Source of the DNA: Alphaproteobacteria bacterium
GTDB lineage: Bacteria > Pseudomonadota > Alphaproteobacteria > G963923945
NCBI GenBank assembly: GCA_963923945.1
Contig: OZ000551.1
Coordinates: 1,890,605 to 1,954,604 of the forward strand
DNA length: 64,000 bases
Reading direction: 5' to 3'
Notes under the pieces: model-generated
Database searches by the model: none
What the model was told of the DNA's origin: nothing
What the model saw: the letters and a program-made list of their open reading frames with translations, nothing else
Part shown: positions 1 through 10,311 of the stretch, piece by piece
How positions within the stretch are numbered: position 1 is the stretch's first letter
Layout of the letters: the number at the start of each line of letters is the position of its first letter
Made by a program: the position numbers and the translations under genes

Positions 1-419
1 TTAATCGGGCTTTTCGTGATTATGCGGTGGCTAATTTTCCCTCTACCAGTCAGCCGGTTTACATGTCGGGCATGGTCAGATAGCACCGATTTCTCACCAG
101 CCAGAATATGATCGCCCGCCCGGTCTTGATGGTTCAGGGTGTTTTGAACGTCAAGCCGGGTCGGCCAAGCGACACCCTATGAAGATGGGGCATTCAATAA
201 AACTCGAAAAGACTCGAAGACTGGGTAAAAACTGAGATGGCAGATGATAGGGGCTTGAGCTGTGGTGGCCCTAAATTTGCCATTTTCGCTCTTTACCTGA
301 TCTTTATGATTTCAAAGGAACCATGATTTCAAAGAGACCAACCTGTTTTGATTCTTGTTCCGATTGAAGAAAAAATACCGCTCACCCTTCGAAGAAAAAC
401 AATACTTCATGAGAGCCAA

Positions 420-1790
420 ATGAGAGCCAATTTATCACATTTTTTGATCCATCGACCGGCCGGTTTGGGGTTTCTGGGCGTTGCCGCTTCGATGCTGAGT
501 TTTCAACCGGCTTTGGCCGATGTATTCAAGCCGGAAACATTCACCCTTGATAATGGGTTGAAAGTGGTGGTGGTGAGCAATCATCGCGCCCCGGTGGTCT
601 CGCATATGATTTGGTATCCGGTTGGTTCAGCCGATGAATCGGCAGGAAAATCAGGGATTGCCCATTTCCTTGAGCATTTAATGTTCAAGGGAACCGACAC
701 GCTTGGGCCGGGTGAGTTTTCTGAGATTGTGGCCCGCAATGGCGGTAAGGAAAACGCCTTCACCAGCTTTGATTATACCGCTTATTTTCAAAATATTTCC
801 CGTGACCGTTTGGGCTTGGTTATGCAGCATGAGGCCGACCGTATGCGCGGGTTGCGCCTTGACGAAGCAGTGATTGAGCCGGAACGGATGGTGGTGCTTG
901 AGGAACGCCGCGGCCGGGTTGATAACAATCCGGCGGCAATTTTGCGTGAAGAAATGCGGGCCGCTTTGTTCCTCAACCATCCCTATGGACGGCCGATTAT
1001 TGGTTGGGAAGACGAGATTTCTGCTCTATCGCTGAAAGATGTGACGGATTTTTATGATCGCCATTATGCCCCCAGTGGAGCGGTTGTGGTCATCTCCGGT
1101 GATGTGACTTTTGATGAAGCCCGCGCCCTTGCCCAAACTCATTACGGGCCGATTGCCCCAGCTGCTCAGCGTCCGATACGTAAACGCCCCGGGGAGCCAG
1201 CCCAACGGGTCAGTAAGCGTCTGGCTTTGACCAGTCCTCTGGCTGGACGACCGAGTTGGCGGCGGTCCTATCTTGCCCCGAGCTACAACCGGGCCGAGGG
1301 CCTCCAAGCCCATGCCGCTTCGGTTTTGGGAGAAATTCTTGGCGGTGGACCCACCAGCCGCTTGTATAAAAAACTGGTGATTGAAGACAAAAAAGCCATA
1401 CAAGCTGCGGCATATTACGATGGTTCGGCTTATGATTTAGGGACATTCAATTTGAGTGCGGCCCCGGCTGACGGGGTGGGGCTGGATGATCTTGAGGCGG
1501 CCCTTGAAGCCGAGATTGAGCGTTTGCGCGATGACGGAATCACGCAAGCTGAACTGGACCGGGCCAAGCAACGCTTGCAATCAGGAGCAATTTTTGCCCG
1601 TGATAGTCTCAGTCATCCCGGCTATACTTTGGGCGCGGCTCTGATGACTGGGCGCAGCATTGACGATGTTGAAGCCTGGCCGGAGCGGATTGCTCAAGTC
1701 ACCCTTGAGAATGTGATGGCGGTGGTTGAAGATATCCTGGGCCAGCCGGGTCATGTCACCGGTGAGCTCACGCCGAGCACGTCTTCATAA
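420..1790 (+). CDS. M16 (pitrilysin/insulinase) family zinc peptidase, catalytic subunit
   Basis: Inverted zincin motif HFLEH, NAFTSFDYTAY and HPYGRPIIGW; signal-like N-terminus. Start uncertain (ORF open from 348; ATG 420 chosen). Confidence 0.93.
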   Translation: MRANLSHFLIHRPAGLGFLGVAASMLSFQPALADVFKPETFTLDNGLKVVVVSNHRAPVVSHMIWYPVGSADESAGKSGIAHFLEHLMFKGTDTLGPGEFSEIVARNGGKENAFTSFDYTAYFQNISRDRLGLVMQHEADRMRGLRLDEAVIEPERMVVLEERRGRVDNNPAAILREEMRAALFLNHPYGRPIIGWEDEISALSLKDVTDFYDRHYAPSGAVVVISGDVTFDEARALAQTHYGPIAPAAQRPIRKRPGEPAQRVSKRLALTSPLAGRPSWRRSYLAPSYNRAEGLQAHAASVLGEILGGGPTSRLYKKLVIEDKKAIQAAAYYDGSAYDLGTFNLSAAPADGVGLDDLEAALEAEIERLRDDGITQAELDRAKQRLQSGAIFARDSLSHPGYTLGAALMTGRSIDDVEAWPERIAQVTLENVMAVVEDILGQPGHVTGELTPSTSS

Positions 1791-1833
1791 TGCATGTCTT
1801 TACGGCGTATATTTTGATAGCAATATTCTCATT

Positions 1834-3210
1834 ATGTCGGTCTTGTCTTATTTTTATCATCAACCGTGGCGTATTTTTGTCCTGACTCTATCCTGGATGA
1901 TGGCTATTTCTTCTTTATCTGCCGATATTGGGTCGGCCCATGCCACCACCCCGATTGAGCGGGTGGTCAGCCCGGGCGGTGTGGAAGCCTGGCTGATTTC
2001 CGATCCATCGGTCCCGGTGATATCGGTTGATTTTATGTTTGTCGGTGGGGCCTCTCTTGACCCGGATGGTCAAGAAGGTCTGGCCTCCCTGGCCGCCAGC
2101 CTGCTTAATGAAGGGGCGGGAGATTATGACAGCCAAGCTTTTCTGGGACGGTTGGCTGATCAATCGATTACCATGAATTTCAGGGCCGGGGCCGACACAT
2201 TGGGCGGGACCCTGAAGACATTGACCGAAAATGGTGCCGAAGCCTTCCGTTTATTGGGGTTGGCGCTTAGTGAGCCGCGCTTTGATTCCGAAGCGGTTGA
2301 GCGGATGCGGGCCGAATTGATTGCCGGTTTGCAGCAAGCGGCCAGAAAACCCGATCAAATTGTTGGCAAAGTCTGGCGGCAAGCCGCCTTTGGTGACCAC
2401 CCCTATGCCAATACCCCTCAAGGTGATGAAGATGCTATACGGGCGATTGCGATTGCTGATTTGCAGCGTTTTGCCCAAGACCATTTGACTCGTTCCCGCC
2501 TGATCATCGGGGTTTGCGGGGATATCACCCCGCAAGAATTGGCCGGTTATCTTGATGAGGCTTTTGGTGCGCTGCCGGTTGGTGATCCCCCTTCTGATAT
2601 TCCTGAAACCACGGTCCAACAGCGCGGGGTGATGGTGATTGATCAAGACATTCCCCAAAGCATTGTCCTGTTTGGGCATGATGGTCCCAAACGGGCCCAT
2701 CCGGATTATTTTGCCGCCCGCCTGGTCAATTATGTCTTGGGGGGCGGTGGCTTGACATCGCGTTTGGCCGATGAAGTGCGGGAAAAGCGGGGTCTGGTCT
2801 ATTCAATTTACAGCTATTTGAATCCGTTGCGCCAAGCCGGGTTGATCAATGGCCGTTTTGCCACCGGAAATGACTCGGCCAACCAAGCCCTTGGCGTGGT
2901 GCGTGAGGAATGGGACCGCATGGCCCAGCACGGGATCAGTGCCGATGAATTAAGGGATGCTCAAACCTATATGACCGGTGCGTTCCCCTTGAATATGACC
3001 ACAACTTCGTCGATTGGCAGCTTGTTGACCGCTCTGCAATATCATGATTTGGGGATTGATTACTTAGAGCGGCGCGATGCTTTGATCAATGATGTTACCC
3101 TCGAACAGGCCAACCGGGTGGCGGCGGATCTTTTCGATTCGGATCAATTATTGATTACCATCATTGGCCGCCCGAAAGATATTGAGGCCACTCTTCCGGC
3201 CCCGGGCTAG
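1834..3210 (+). CDS. M16 family peptidase, non-catalytic partner subunit
   Basis: Lacks HxxEH; has the Gly-rich loop GGGGLTSRL and the REKRGLVY (R/Y pair) motif; tandem with the catalytic subunit. Start uncertain. Confidence 0.9.
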   Translation: MSVLSYFYHQPWRIFVLTLSWMMAISSLSADIGSAHATTPIERVVSPGGVEAWLISDPSVPVISVDFMFVGGASLDPDGQEGLASLAASLLNEGAGDYDSQAFLGRLADQSITMNFRAGADTLGGTLKTLTENGAEAFRLLGLALSEPRFDSEAVERMRAELIAGLQQAARKPDQIVGKVWRQAAFGDHPYANTPQGDEDAIRAIAIADLQRFAQDHLTRSRLIIGVCGDITPQELAGYLDEAFGALPVGDPPSDIPETTVQQRGVMVIDQDIPQSIVLFGHDGPKRAHPDYFAARLVNYVLGGGGLTSRLADEVREKRGLVYSIYSYLNPLRQAGLINGRFATGNDSANQALGVVREEWDRMAQHGISADELRDAQTYMTGAFPLNMTTTSSIGSLLTALQYHDLGIDYLERRDALINDVTLEQANRVAADLFDSDQLLITIIGRPKDIEATLPAPG

Positions 3211-3440
3211 GCAGCCGCGCCATTCCTGACAATTCCGTCAGAAAAAATCCGGTCGCAGGGAAAATCGGCTTATAAGTAAAGTCGATTGAGAAGCGAAAAC
3301 AGGGCGGGAGAGAAAAATCTTGGTTTTTCTCTTTTTTTTGATTTACCTTGCTTGTCTGTGGTTTATTTTCCTTGCCCGCCGCCGCTCCCGCAGCGGTTGC
3401 GCGGCCTTGACTTCTTTAATGATATTGCCCCGCCTCTCTC

Positions 3441-4307
3441 ATGCCGCAACAAGAACTGCCGTCTTCTAAAGACATTCGTTGGGCGATTTTGTCCGCTTTG
3501 AAGGAGAAGGGGGGGTCAGCCTCCAATCAAGAGCTTTCCGAGTCTATCGCCCGGCTGTTGGATTTGTCCCAGGCTGTTCAGGATATTCCCCATAAGAATA
3601 GATCAATATCCGAAGTCGATTATCGCGGTCAGTGGGCGCGCACATATTTAAAAATTGCCGGGGCTATTGACAACAGCGCGCGCGGTATATGGACGATCAC
3701 CGATTACGGGCGCCGTCTGAGTTCGGCAGATGAAATGGAACAGCAGGTCCAACAAGCGGTCAAAAAGCAGCGGCGCTCGCGCCAGACCAGCCGCATACAG
3801 GCCGAGAAACATTCAACTGACAAGGATTTGGATGACAACCAAGAAAATGATGATTGGTACGAAGAACTGCTCAGCCTTCTCAAAACTCTTGACCCATCAG
3901 CGTTTGAGCGTTTGTGCCAACGAGTCTTACGGGAATCGGGTTTTACCAAGTTAGAGGTGACCGGAAAATCTGGAGATGGCGGCATTGATGGGGCTGGAGT
4001 TTTGCGGGTCAATCTTTTGTCTTTTCATGTGCGGTTTCAGAGCAAGCGCTATGCCGGTTCTGTGGGTGCCGGCGACATTCGCGATTTTCGCGGGGCGATG
4101 GTCGGGCGGGCAGATAAAGGTCTTTTCATGACCACGGGTCGCTTTACCGAGGCTGCCCAAGCCGAGGCGACTCGCGATGGTGCCCCGGCCATTGATTTGA
4201 TTGATGGTTTTCATTTTTGTGATTTGCTCAAGCAATTCGGTCTCGGTGTTCGCTGCCAAAGGGTTGAAAAAATCTCAATAGCCCCAGAATTTTTTGCAGA
4301 ATTATGA
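3441..4307 (+). CDS. mrr: Mrr-family (type IV, modification-dependent) restriction endonuclease
   Basis: N-terminal Mrr winged helix (YRGQWARTYLK...RGIWTIT) and C-terminal Mrr catalytic domain (FERLC, GDGGIDG, QSKRY, IDLIDG). Confidence 0.92.
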   Translation: MPQQELPSSKDIRWAILSALKEKGGSASNQELSESIARLLDLSQAVQDIPHKNRSISEVDYRGQWARTYLKIAGAIDNSARGIWTITDYGRRLSSADEMEQQVQQAVKKQRRSRQTSRIQAEKHSTDKDLDDNQENDDWYEELLSLLKTLDPSAFERLCQRVLRESGFTKLEVTGKSGDGGIDGAGVLRVNLLSFHVRFQSKRYAGSVGAGDIRDFRGAMVGRADKGLFMTTGRFTEAAQAEATRDGAPAIDLIDGFHFCDLLKQFGLGVRCQRVEKISIAPEFFAEL

Positions 4308-4464
4308 AATTAGGCATGATGAATTCCCGGTGATTGTTCTCGCGGGAGCGGTGATTTTCTTGGTGATGACGGTTTTGTTTCCTGAATAATTGCGGATTTT
4401 CGCTGAACCGGTAAACGGCTGATTGACCTGCTGGTTTCGGCGCTGATTGATACCCTGATTTGTA

Positions 4465-5805
4465 GTGACCACCATGCTTTACACGCAAAAAATTGACGCT
4501 TGTTTTTCTGACATTATTGGCCAGGCCGGGGTGACAGCAACCCTTTACGAATCCTTTGTGACCCGCTCAATGGCGGCTTTGAAAACCCTTCTGCAGCGCC
4601 ATCAAGCCGGGGTGTTGCCTTTTCTTGATCTGCCGGAAAAACGTGATGATCTGGCCCTCATGACCGAAGTTGCCAATCGGTTGCGGCATGCCTGTTCGGA
4701 TGTACTGATTTTGGGGACGGGTGGGTCGATTTTGGGCGGCCAGGCTTTGTGCGCGCTTAGTCCGGGGACGTTTCAAGGGTATGCTGGTGCCGCTTTGCCG
4801 GGGCCGCGCCTGTGGTTTATGGATAATGTTGATCCGGACCATTGGGCCGCTTTGTTGGCCGGGTTGCCGCCGCAAAGAACCGGGGTTGTGGTGATCTCAA
4901 AATCCGGTAGCACCATGGAAACCTTGTGTCAGTTTCTGGCGGTGCGTGATTGGATCGGTCATCCCTTGGCTGGGCGCGGGGTGGCGATTTGTCAGCCGGG
5001 CCGGTCGGCGCTGCGGGATGTGGCTGGAGAAAACGGCATGACCATTTTGGATCATGATCGCGATATTGGGGGGCGTTATGCGGTTCTCTCTGCGGTTGGG
5101 TTGTTGCCAGCCTTGATCATTGGTCTTGATGCTGAGGCCTTTCGGCGCGGTGCGGCGACAACGTTGCGGGCGGCTCAGCGGGCGGCCGGGCAGGGGGATC
5201 AATGTTTTGCGGTTGCCGGGGCGGCTCTGATCGGCGCATTGATGGAGGGTCAACAAACAACAAAACAAACAACAATCTATGTCTTGATGCCTTATATGGA
5301 TCGTTTGGCTGGGTTGGCAATGTGGCATCGTCAGCTTTGGGCTGAGAGTTTGGGAAAATCTGGCCACGGCATGACCCCGGCCCCGGCCCGCGGGACGGTT
5401 GATCAACACAGCCAATTACAGCTTTACCTTGATGGACCCAATGATAAATTCTTTACCCTGATTACCGGTGATTCGGTTTCTCAAGGACCGGTAATTTCAG
5501 CCGGTCCTGGTGTCCCTTCTTACTTGGTGGGGCGGCGGATGGCCGATGTTTTGTCAGCACAAGCCCAAGCCACTTATGATGTTTTGGTTGAGAAAAAGCG
5601 CCCGGTTCGCTGTATAAAAATTAAAGAACTGAAGGAAGAAACCCTGGGAGAGTTGTTGATGCATTTCATGCTAGAAACAGTGTTGACTGCTGAAATCATC
5701 GGCGTCAATGCCTTTGATCAGCCAGCGGTTGACAAGGGCAAGACCCGCGCTCGTTCTCATCTGGTGGCTCTATCTGGTGCCAAAAAAGATCAAACCACCC
5801 CATAA
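4465..5805 (+). CDS. pgi: glucose-6-phosphate isomerase
   Basis: GTGGSILG, ISKSGSTMET, IGGRYAVLS, QLWAESLGK, DQHSQLQL and NAFDQPAVDKGK motifs. Confidence 0.92.
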   Translation: MTTMLYTQKIDACFSDIIGQAGVTATLYESFVTRSMAALKTLLQRHQAGVLPFLDLPEKRDDLALMTEVANRLRHACSDVLILGTGGSILGGQALCALSPGTFQGYAGAALPGPRLWFMDNVDPDHWAALLAGLPPQRTGVVVISKSGSTMETLCQFLAVRDWIGHPLAGRGVAICQPGRSALRDVAGENGMTILDHDRDIGGRYAVLSAVGLLPALIIGLDAEAFRRGAATTLRAAQRAAGQGDQCFAVAGAALIGALMEGQQTTKQTTIYVLMPYMDRLAGLAMWHRQLWAESLGKSGHGMTPAPARGTVDQHSQLQLYLDGPNDKFFTLITGDSVSQGPVISAGPGVPSYLVGRRMADVLSAQAQATYDVLVEKKRPVRCIKIKELKEETLGELLMHFMLETVLTAEIIGVNAFDQPAVDKGKTRARSHLVALSGAKKDQTTP

Positions 5806-5838
5806 TGGTACGATGATGGATTATGATAATGGATTATA

Positions 5839-7662
5839 ATGATGGTACGTCTTCTTCCTGAAGGGGTGATCAACCAAATCGCCGCCGGTGAGGTGGTTGA
5901 GCGTCCATCTTCAGTATTAAAAGAATTGGTTGAGAACAGCCTGGATGCCGGGGCGACCCATATTGATGTGACCATGCGCGATGGCGGGCGCAGCGTCATC
6001 ACGGTTGCTGACAATGGTTGCGGCATGACCGGTGAGGAATTGGCTTTGTCGGTGGAACGTCATGCGACCTCAAAATTACCTAATGATGATCTCTCGCGTA
6101 TTGCCACTTTGGGATTCCGTGGTGAGGCGTTGTCGTCCATCGGTGCGGTGGGCCGTTTGGCAATTGTTACCCGCCGGTCTGAGACGACTGAGGCGTGGCG
6201 CATCCAGGTTGCTGGCGGCACCAAAGACGATGTTGAACCGGCCGCACACCCGGTTGGCACCCGGGTGACATTAAGTGATCTTTTTTTTACGACCCCGGCC
6301 CGGTTGAAATTCCTCAAAAGCGTGCGCGCCGAAACCGCTCAAGCCGTAGAAGCATTCGAACGTTTGGCCCTTGCCGCCCCTTTGGTTCATTTTTCTCTAA
6401 CCATTGATCAACGTGCTCCACGTATTCTGGCCGCATCTTCTGCCGGGGAAGAGCATCGGATCACCCAGATCATGGGGCCAGATTTTGTAGCCAATGCGGT
6501 TGCGCTCAACGCCGTGAAAGAGGGGGTGTATCTCAAAGGCTATGCCGGTTTGCCGACCCTCAGCCGTAGCGGTATGGGGCGACAATTTTTTTTGGTCAAT
6601 GGGCGCCCGGTCAAAGATCGTCTTCTTTCCGGTGCTTTGAGAGCAGCCTATCAGGATGTCCTACCGCGCGGTCGTTATCCGTTAGCGGTTCTCTATCTGG
6701 AAGTGCCCAGTGATGCGCTTGATGTCAATGTCCATCCGGCCAAAACTGAAATACGTTTCCGCAATGCCGGTTTGGTGCGTGGCTTGGTGGTTGGGGCCTT
6801 GCGGCAAGCTTTGGATCAAGCCGGAAGACGCACATCATCCACCCTGGGTCAAACGGCTTTAGAAACATTCACCACCGATGAAGCCCGGCAGATTTCTGCG
6901 ACCGATCCGGCAATGACCGGAATCATCCCCCCGGCCCGGGGACGGTCTTTTTCTCATAAGCTGCCGAATTCTGTGCCCGGATCGGGCCGCTCTGCATCGG
7001 TTTCTTTGCCTGGCTTTTCCGAAATGCCGTCGGCGGCCGACCCGGTACTTTCGGCAGCGGCTCATGACCCAGATGATCAAGCCTATCCACTCGGCGCGGC
7101 CCGGGCCCAACTGCATACCAATTATATTATTGCCCAAACTGAGACCGGTCTGGTGATTGTCGATCAACACGCGGCTCATGAACGTTTGGTTTATGAAAAG
7201 ATCAAAACCGCTTTGGCCGAAAATGGCGTTGTCCGGCAAGGTTTATTGACTCCAGAAGTGGTCACTTTGGGTGAGCTGGGGGCCACTCGTTTGCTGGAGC
7301 GGGCCGAGGAACTGGCCAGGTTGGGGTTGACGATTGAGGCCTTTGGCGATGGGACGGTTCTGGTGCGGGAGACTCCGGCCCTGCTCGGTGTTATTGATGT
7401 GGCCGGATTGCTGAATGATTTGGTGGATACGATTGATGATATGGATCCGGCTGATTGTTTAACCGACCGTCTGCATTCGATTTGTGCGACCTTGGCCTGT
7501 TATGGTTCGGTGCGTTCCGGACGGCGGCTCACGATGCAAGAAATGAATGGCTTGTTACGGGACATGGAAAAAAACCCCCGTTCTGGGCAATGCAATCATG
7601 GACGCCCGACCTATATCCAACTTGAGCTTACCGATATTGAGAAACTGTTTGGACGGCGTTAG
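5839..7662 (+). CDS. mutL: DNA mismatch repair endonuclease MutL
   Basis: NQIAAGEVVERP, GFRGEAL, DVNVHPAK, DQHAAHER and CNHGRP motifs. Confidence 0.98.
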   Translation: MMVRLLPEGVINQIAAGEVVERPSSVLKELVENSLDAGATHIDVTMRDGGRSVITVADNGCGMTGEELALSVERHATSKLPNDDLSRIATLGFRGEALSSIGAVGRLAIVTRRSETTEAWRIQVAGGTKDDVEPAAHPVGTRVTLSDLFFTTPARLKFLKSVRAETAQAVEAFERLALAAPLVHFSLTIDQRAPRILAASSAGEEHRITQIMGPDFVANAVALNAVKEGVYLKGYAGLPTLSRSGMGRQFFLVNGRPVKDRLLSGALRAAYQDVLPRGRYPLAVLYLEVPSDALDVNVHPAKTEIRFRNAGLVRGLVVGALRQALDQAGRRTSSTLGQTALETFTTDEARQISATDPAMTGIIPPARGRSFSHKLPNSVPGSGRSASVSLPGFSEMPSAADPVLSAAAHDPDDQAYPLGAARAQLHTNYIIAQTETGLVIVDQHAAHERLVYEKIKTALAENGVVRQGLLTPEVVTLGELGATRLLERAEELARLGLTIEAFGDGTVLVRETPALLGVIDVAGLLNDLVDTIDDMDPADCLTDRLHSICATLACYGSVRSGRRLTMQEMNGLLRDMEKNPRSGQCNHGRPTYIQLELTDIEKLFGRR

Positions 7663-7668
7663 TTCTAT

Positions 7669-8256
7669 TCATTGATGATGAATGTCCTTGAATGAACGTC
7701 CCTGATACGTCAAAAAGACGAATCGGCCCGCCCCGGCTGATTTTTCTCGCCAGATCGAGAATGCTGGCGGTGCAATAAAATCCTCATTGCGGGCCAATTC
7801 AGCCACTCCGACTGCCCCATTGGTTAACCAGCCAGCCTCTGCTAAGGCCGTGAGTGCGGTTGGCACCAAGGCCTGGCCATAGGGGGGATCAAGGAAAAAT
7901 AAACCGGCGATTTGATCGGGTTTGGGAGCGGGCGGGGAGCGCAGATCGGCCCGCAAAAACCAGCATCGGTGATTTTCTTTGATCGCACAAGCATTGGCGC
8001 GGGCCCATTTGAGGGCGTGTTGATCCTGGTCAATCAATATGGCTTTTTCTGCACCGCGTGAGAGGGCTTCTAAGGCCAAACTGCCGACTCCACAAAAAGC
8101 ATCCAGGACCAGATGATCCATGCCTTGATCACCAAAGCGGCGATGAGTCAAAACATCAAATACCATCTCCCGCCCCCGCTCAGCGGTTGGGCGCAATCTG
8201 GTCCCACGCGGTACATTCAGGCGGCGCCCACGATGACGTCCGGCGATAATCCGCAT
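7669..8256 (-). CDS. rsmD: 16S rRNA (guanine966-N2) methyltransferase RsmD
   Basis: MRIIAG..RGRRL, LRPT, DAFCGVGSLALEALSRGA and LDPPY motifs. Confidence 0.95.
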   Translation of the reverse strand: MRIIAGRHRGRRLNVPRGTRLRPTAERGREMVFDVLTHRRFGDQGMDHLVLDAFCGVGSLALEALSRGAEKAILIDQDQHALKWARANACAIKENHRCWFLRADLRSPPAPKPDQIAGLFFLDPPYGQALVPTALTALAEAGWLTNGAVGVAELARNEDFIAPPAFSIWREKSAGAGRFVFLTYQGRSFKDIHHQ

Positions 8257-8280
8257 GGTTTTATAGCGGGGATCGATTGA

Positions 8281-9075
8281 TCATGATGCGTGATCTCTGC
8301 CCGACCGTTCTTTCTCCAACTGTCCTGCTCTCCACTGTTCTTCTCCTAACTGTTCATTGAGGGTTTTGGCTGGAATCGACCGCAGATCACCAGGGGCCAG
8401 CTTACCCAGTTGAAACGGTCCATAAGCCAGCCGAATGAGCCGGTTGACTTCCAAGCCGAGATGCCCAAGAACCCGGCGTATCTCACGATTTTTGCCTTCA
8501 CGCAGAGAAATACTGAGCCAACAGTTGGCGCCATTTTGTGAGTCAAGGGTAGCTTGAATCGGTCCATAACGCATCCCTGATACGGTGATTCCAGCCGCTA
8601 AACTGATCAAAGACTGCCGGTCAATACGGCCCCGAGCCCGCACTTTGTAGCGACGGGTCCAGCCGGTCCGAGGATGTTCCAACCGACCCGCCAGGCCGCC
8701 ATCATTGGTCAAGAGGATCAGGCCTTCAGAATTAAAATCAAGCCGACCCACCGTAATCAGGGAACGGAAATGTTCCGGCAGGAGATCAAAAATCGTCCGC
8801 CGTCCCCGGGGATCATGACGGGTGACCAGGATGGTACGTGGTTTATGAAACCGCCACAAACCGGTCGGGGCCGGGAGGGGCAACGTCTGCCCGTCAACCG
8901 CGATGCGGCGCGGATCATCAATCTGGTAGGCCGGATGGTCAATGATCCGGCCGTCAACCGACACCCGTCCAGCAGCAATCCATTCTTCGGCCCGCCGTCG
9001 CGAGCAGAGCCCGGCCCGGGCCATCCAACGCCCCACCCGCATCACTGTATCGCTTTTATCCGGTGCCGGAATCAT
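8281..9075 (-). CDS. rluB: RsuA/RluB-family rRNA pseudouridine synthase
   Basis: S4 domain (ARAGLCSRR), VGRLDFNSEGL catalytic motif, EGKNREIRR. The ATG at 9075 lies inside the last unit of the 16-bp repeat; alternative ATG at 9042. Confidence 0.9.
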   Translation of the reverse strand: MIPAPDKSDTVMRVGRWMARAGLCSRRRAEEWIAAGRVSVDGRIIDHPAYQIDDPRRIAVDGQTLPLPAPTGLWRFHKPRTILVTRHDPRGRRTIFDLLPEHFRSLITVGRLDFNSEGLILLTNDGGLAGRLEHPRTGWTRRYKVRARGRIDRQSLISLAAGITVSGMRYGPIQATLDSQNGANCWLSISLREGKNREIRRVLGHLGLEVNRLIRLAYGPFQLGKLAPGDLRSIPAKTLNEQLGEEQWRAGQLEKERSGRDHAS

Positions 9076-9315
9076 TTGGTGCCGGGGTCATTTGGTGCCG
9101 GGGTCATTTGGTGCCGGGGTCATTTGGTGCCGGGGTCATTTGGTGCCGGGGTCATTTGGTGCCGGAATCATTTGGTGCCGGAATCATTTGGTGCCGGAAT
9201 CATTTGGTGCCGGAATCATTTGGTGCCGGAATCATTTGGTGCCGGAATCATTTGGTGCCGGAATCATTTGGTGCCGGAATCATTTGGTGCCGGAATCATT
9301 TGGTGCCGGAATCAT
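9062..9315. repeat. 16-bp minisatellite, about 15.8 copies: 5 x TTTGGTGCCGGGGTCA then 10 x TTTGGTGCCGGAATCA, plus a leading partial unit
   Basis: Read directly; full units start at 9075 and step by 16 bp to 9314. Confidence 0.97.
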
Positions 9316-9323
9316 AAGTGATT

Positions 9324-10067
9324 TTACAGGGTTTTATTTGGGTTGTCATCACCGGCGGCTGCGGCCACCAAAGCGGTGATAATTTTCATATCTCCTGGGT
9401 CAATCGCATATTCGGGATGCCATTGGACCCCAACGCAAAACTGCCGGTCGGTTGCCTCAATGCCTTCAATCACCCCATCAGGAGCCAGCGCATTGACCAC
9501 CACCCGCGGCCCCATAGTTTTGGCCGCTTGGTGATGGGCACTGTTGACCCGCATGGTTGATGCCCCAACAATGCGTGAGAGCAAGGTGCCTTCAGTAATC
9601 GTGACCGCATGGCCGGGCTGGGTGCGGGGGTTGGGTTGTTCATGGGCCAGGCAGTCGGGGATCGCATCGGGAATATGCTGGATTAAGGTACCACCCAGCG
9701 CGACATTCAACAATTGCTGACCGCCACAGATGCCCAAAACCGGCATATCCCGCTCTAGAGCTGCTTTGAGAGCGGCCAATTCATAAGCGGTGCGGTGATC
9801 CTTGGTTTCAACCCGTTGGTGATTTTTGCTTTCCCCATAATAGGCCGGGTCAACATCAAAGTCACCGCCGGTGATAATCAGGCCCTGGAGATGATCAACC
9901 ATCTCCGCCGCCAGGTCGGGCTGATGGGCCAGCATCACCGGCAGACCACCAGCCTCCACCACCGCTTGGGCATAATTTTCCCGCAAGGCATACCACGGCA
10001 ATCGGGAATACCCGCCCGCAGCATTCCAATCCAAAGTGAGGCCGATTATGGGGCGCGATGCAACCAT
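9324..10067 (-). CDS. gamma-glutamyl-gamma-aminobutyrate hydrolase family (peptidase C26, PuuD-like)
   Basis: GLIITGGDFDVDP, PVLGICGGQQ, VNSAHHQA and GVQWHPE motifs. Confidence 0.92.
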   Translation of the reverse strand: MVASRPIIGLTLDWNAAGGYSRLPWYALRENYAQAVVEAGGLPVMLAHQPDLAAEMVDHLQGLIITGGDFDVDPAYYGESKNHQRVETKDHRTAYELAALKAALERDMPVLGICGGQQLLNVALGGTLIQHIPDAIPDCLAHEQPNPRTQPGHAVTITEGTLLSRIVGASTMRVNSAHHQAAKTMGPRVVVNALAPDGVIEGIEATDRQFCVGVQWHPEYAIDPGDMKIITALVAAAAGDDNPNKTL

Positions 10068-10311
10068 AAAAATTGTTTCGTATGAAATGAAAGCCGAATC
10101 AAACCCGGTTCCATAAAGGGGTTCTCAGACGCTTTTTCGTACGATTTGCTCATTGACCGGGGCATCGAACCGTTATTGATCCGGCACTGGTCCGATTGAA
10201 TGAGTCAGGACGCTTTTTGATCATTTTCTATCTGTATAACCGCCCGCAACCGATGCAACGTTTGGATCCTCGACTCTGTTTGGTCTGGATCAATCGGTCT
10301 TGTATTGCAGA

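Noticed and set aside
8674-9379. + strand ORFs with repeating GAGIIWCRNHLVPESF
   Set aside because: They result from the stop-free + strand of the 16-bp minisatellite and are antisense to rluB and the C26 hydrolase.
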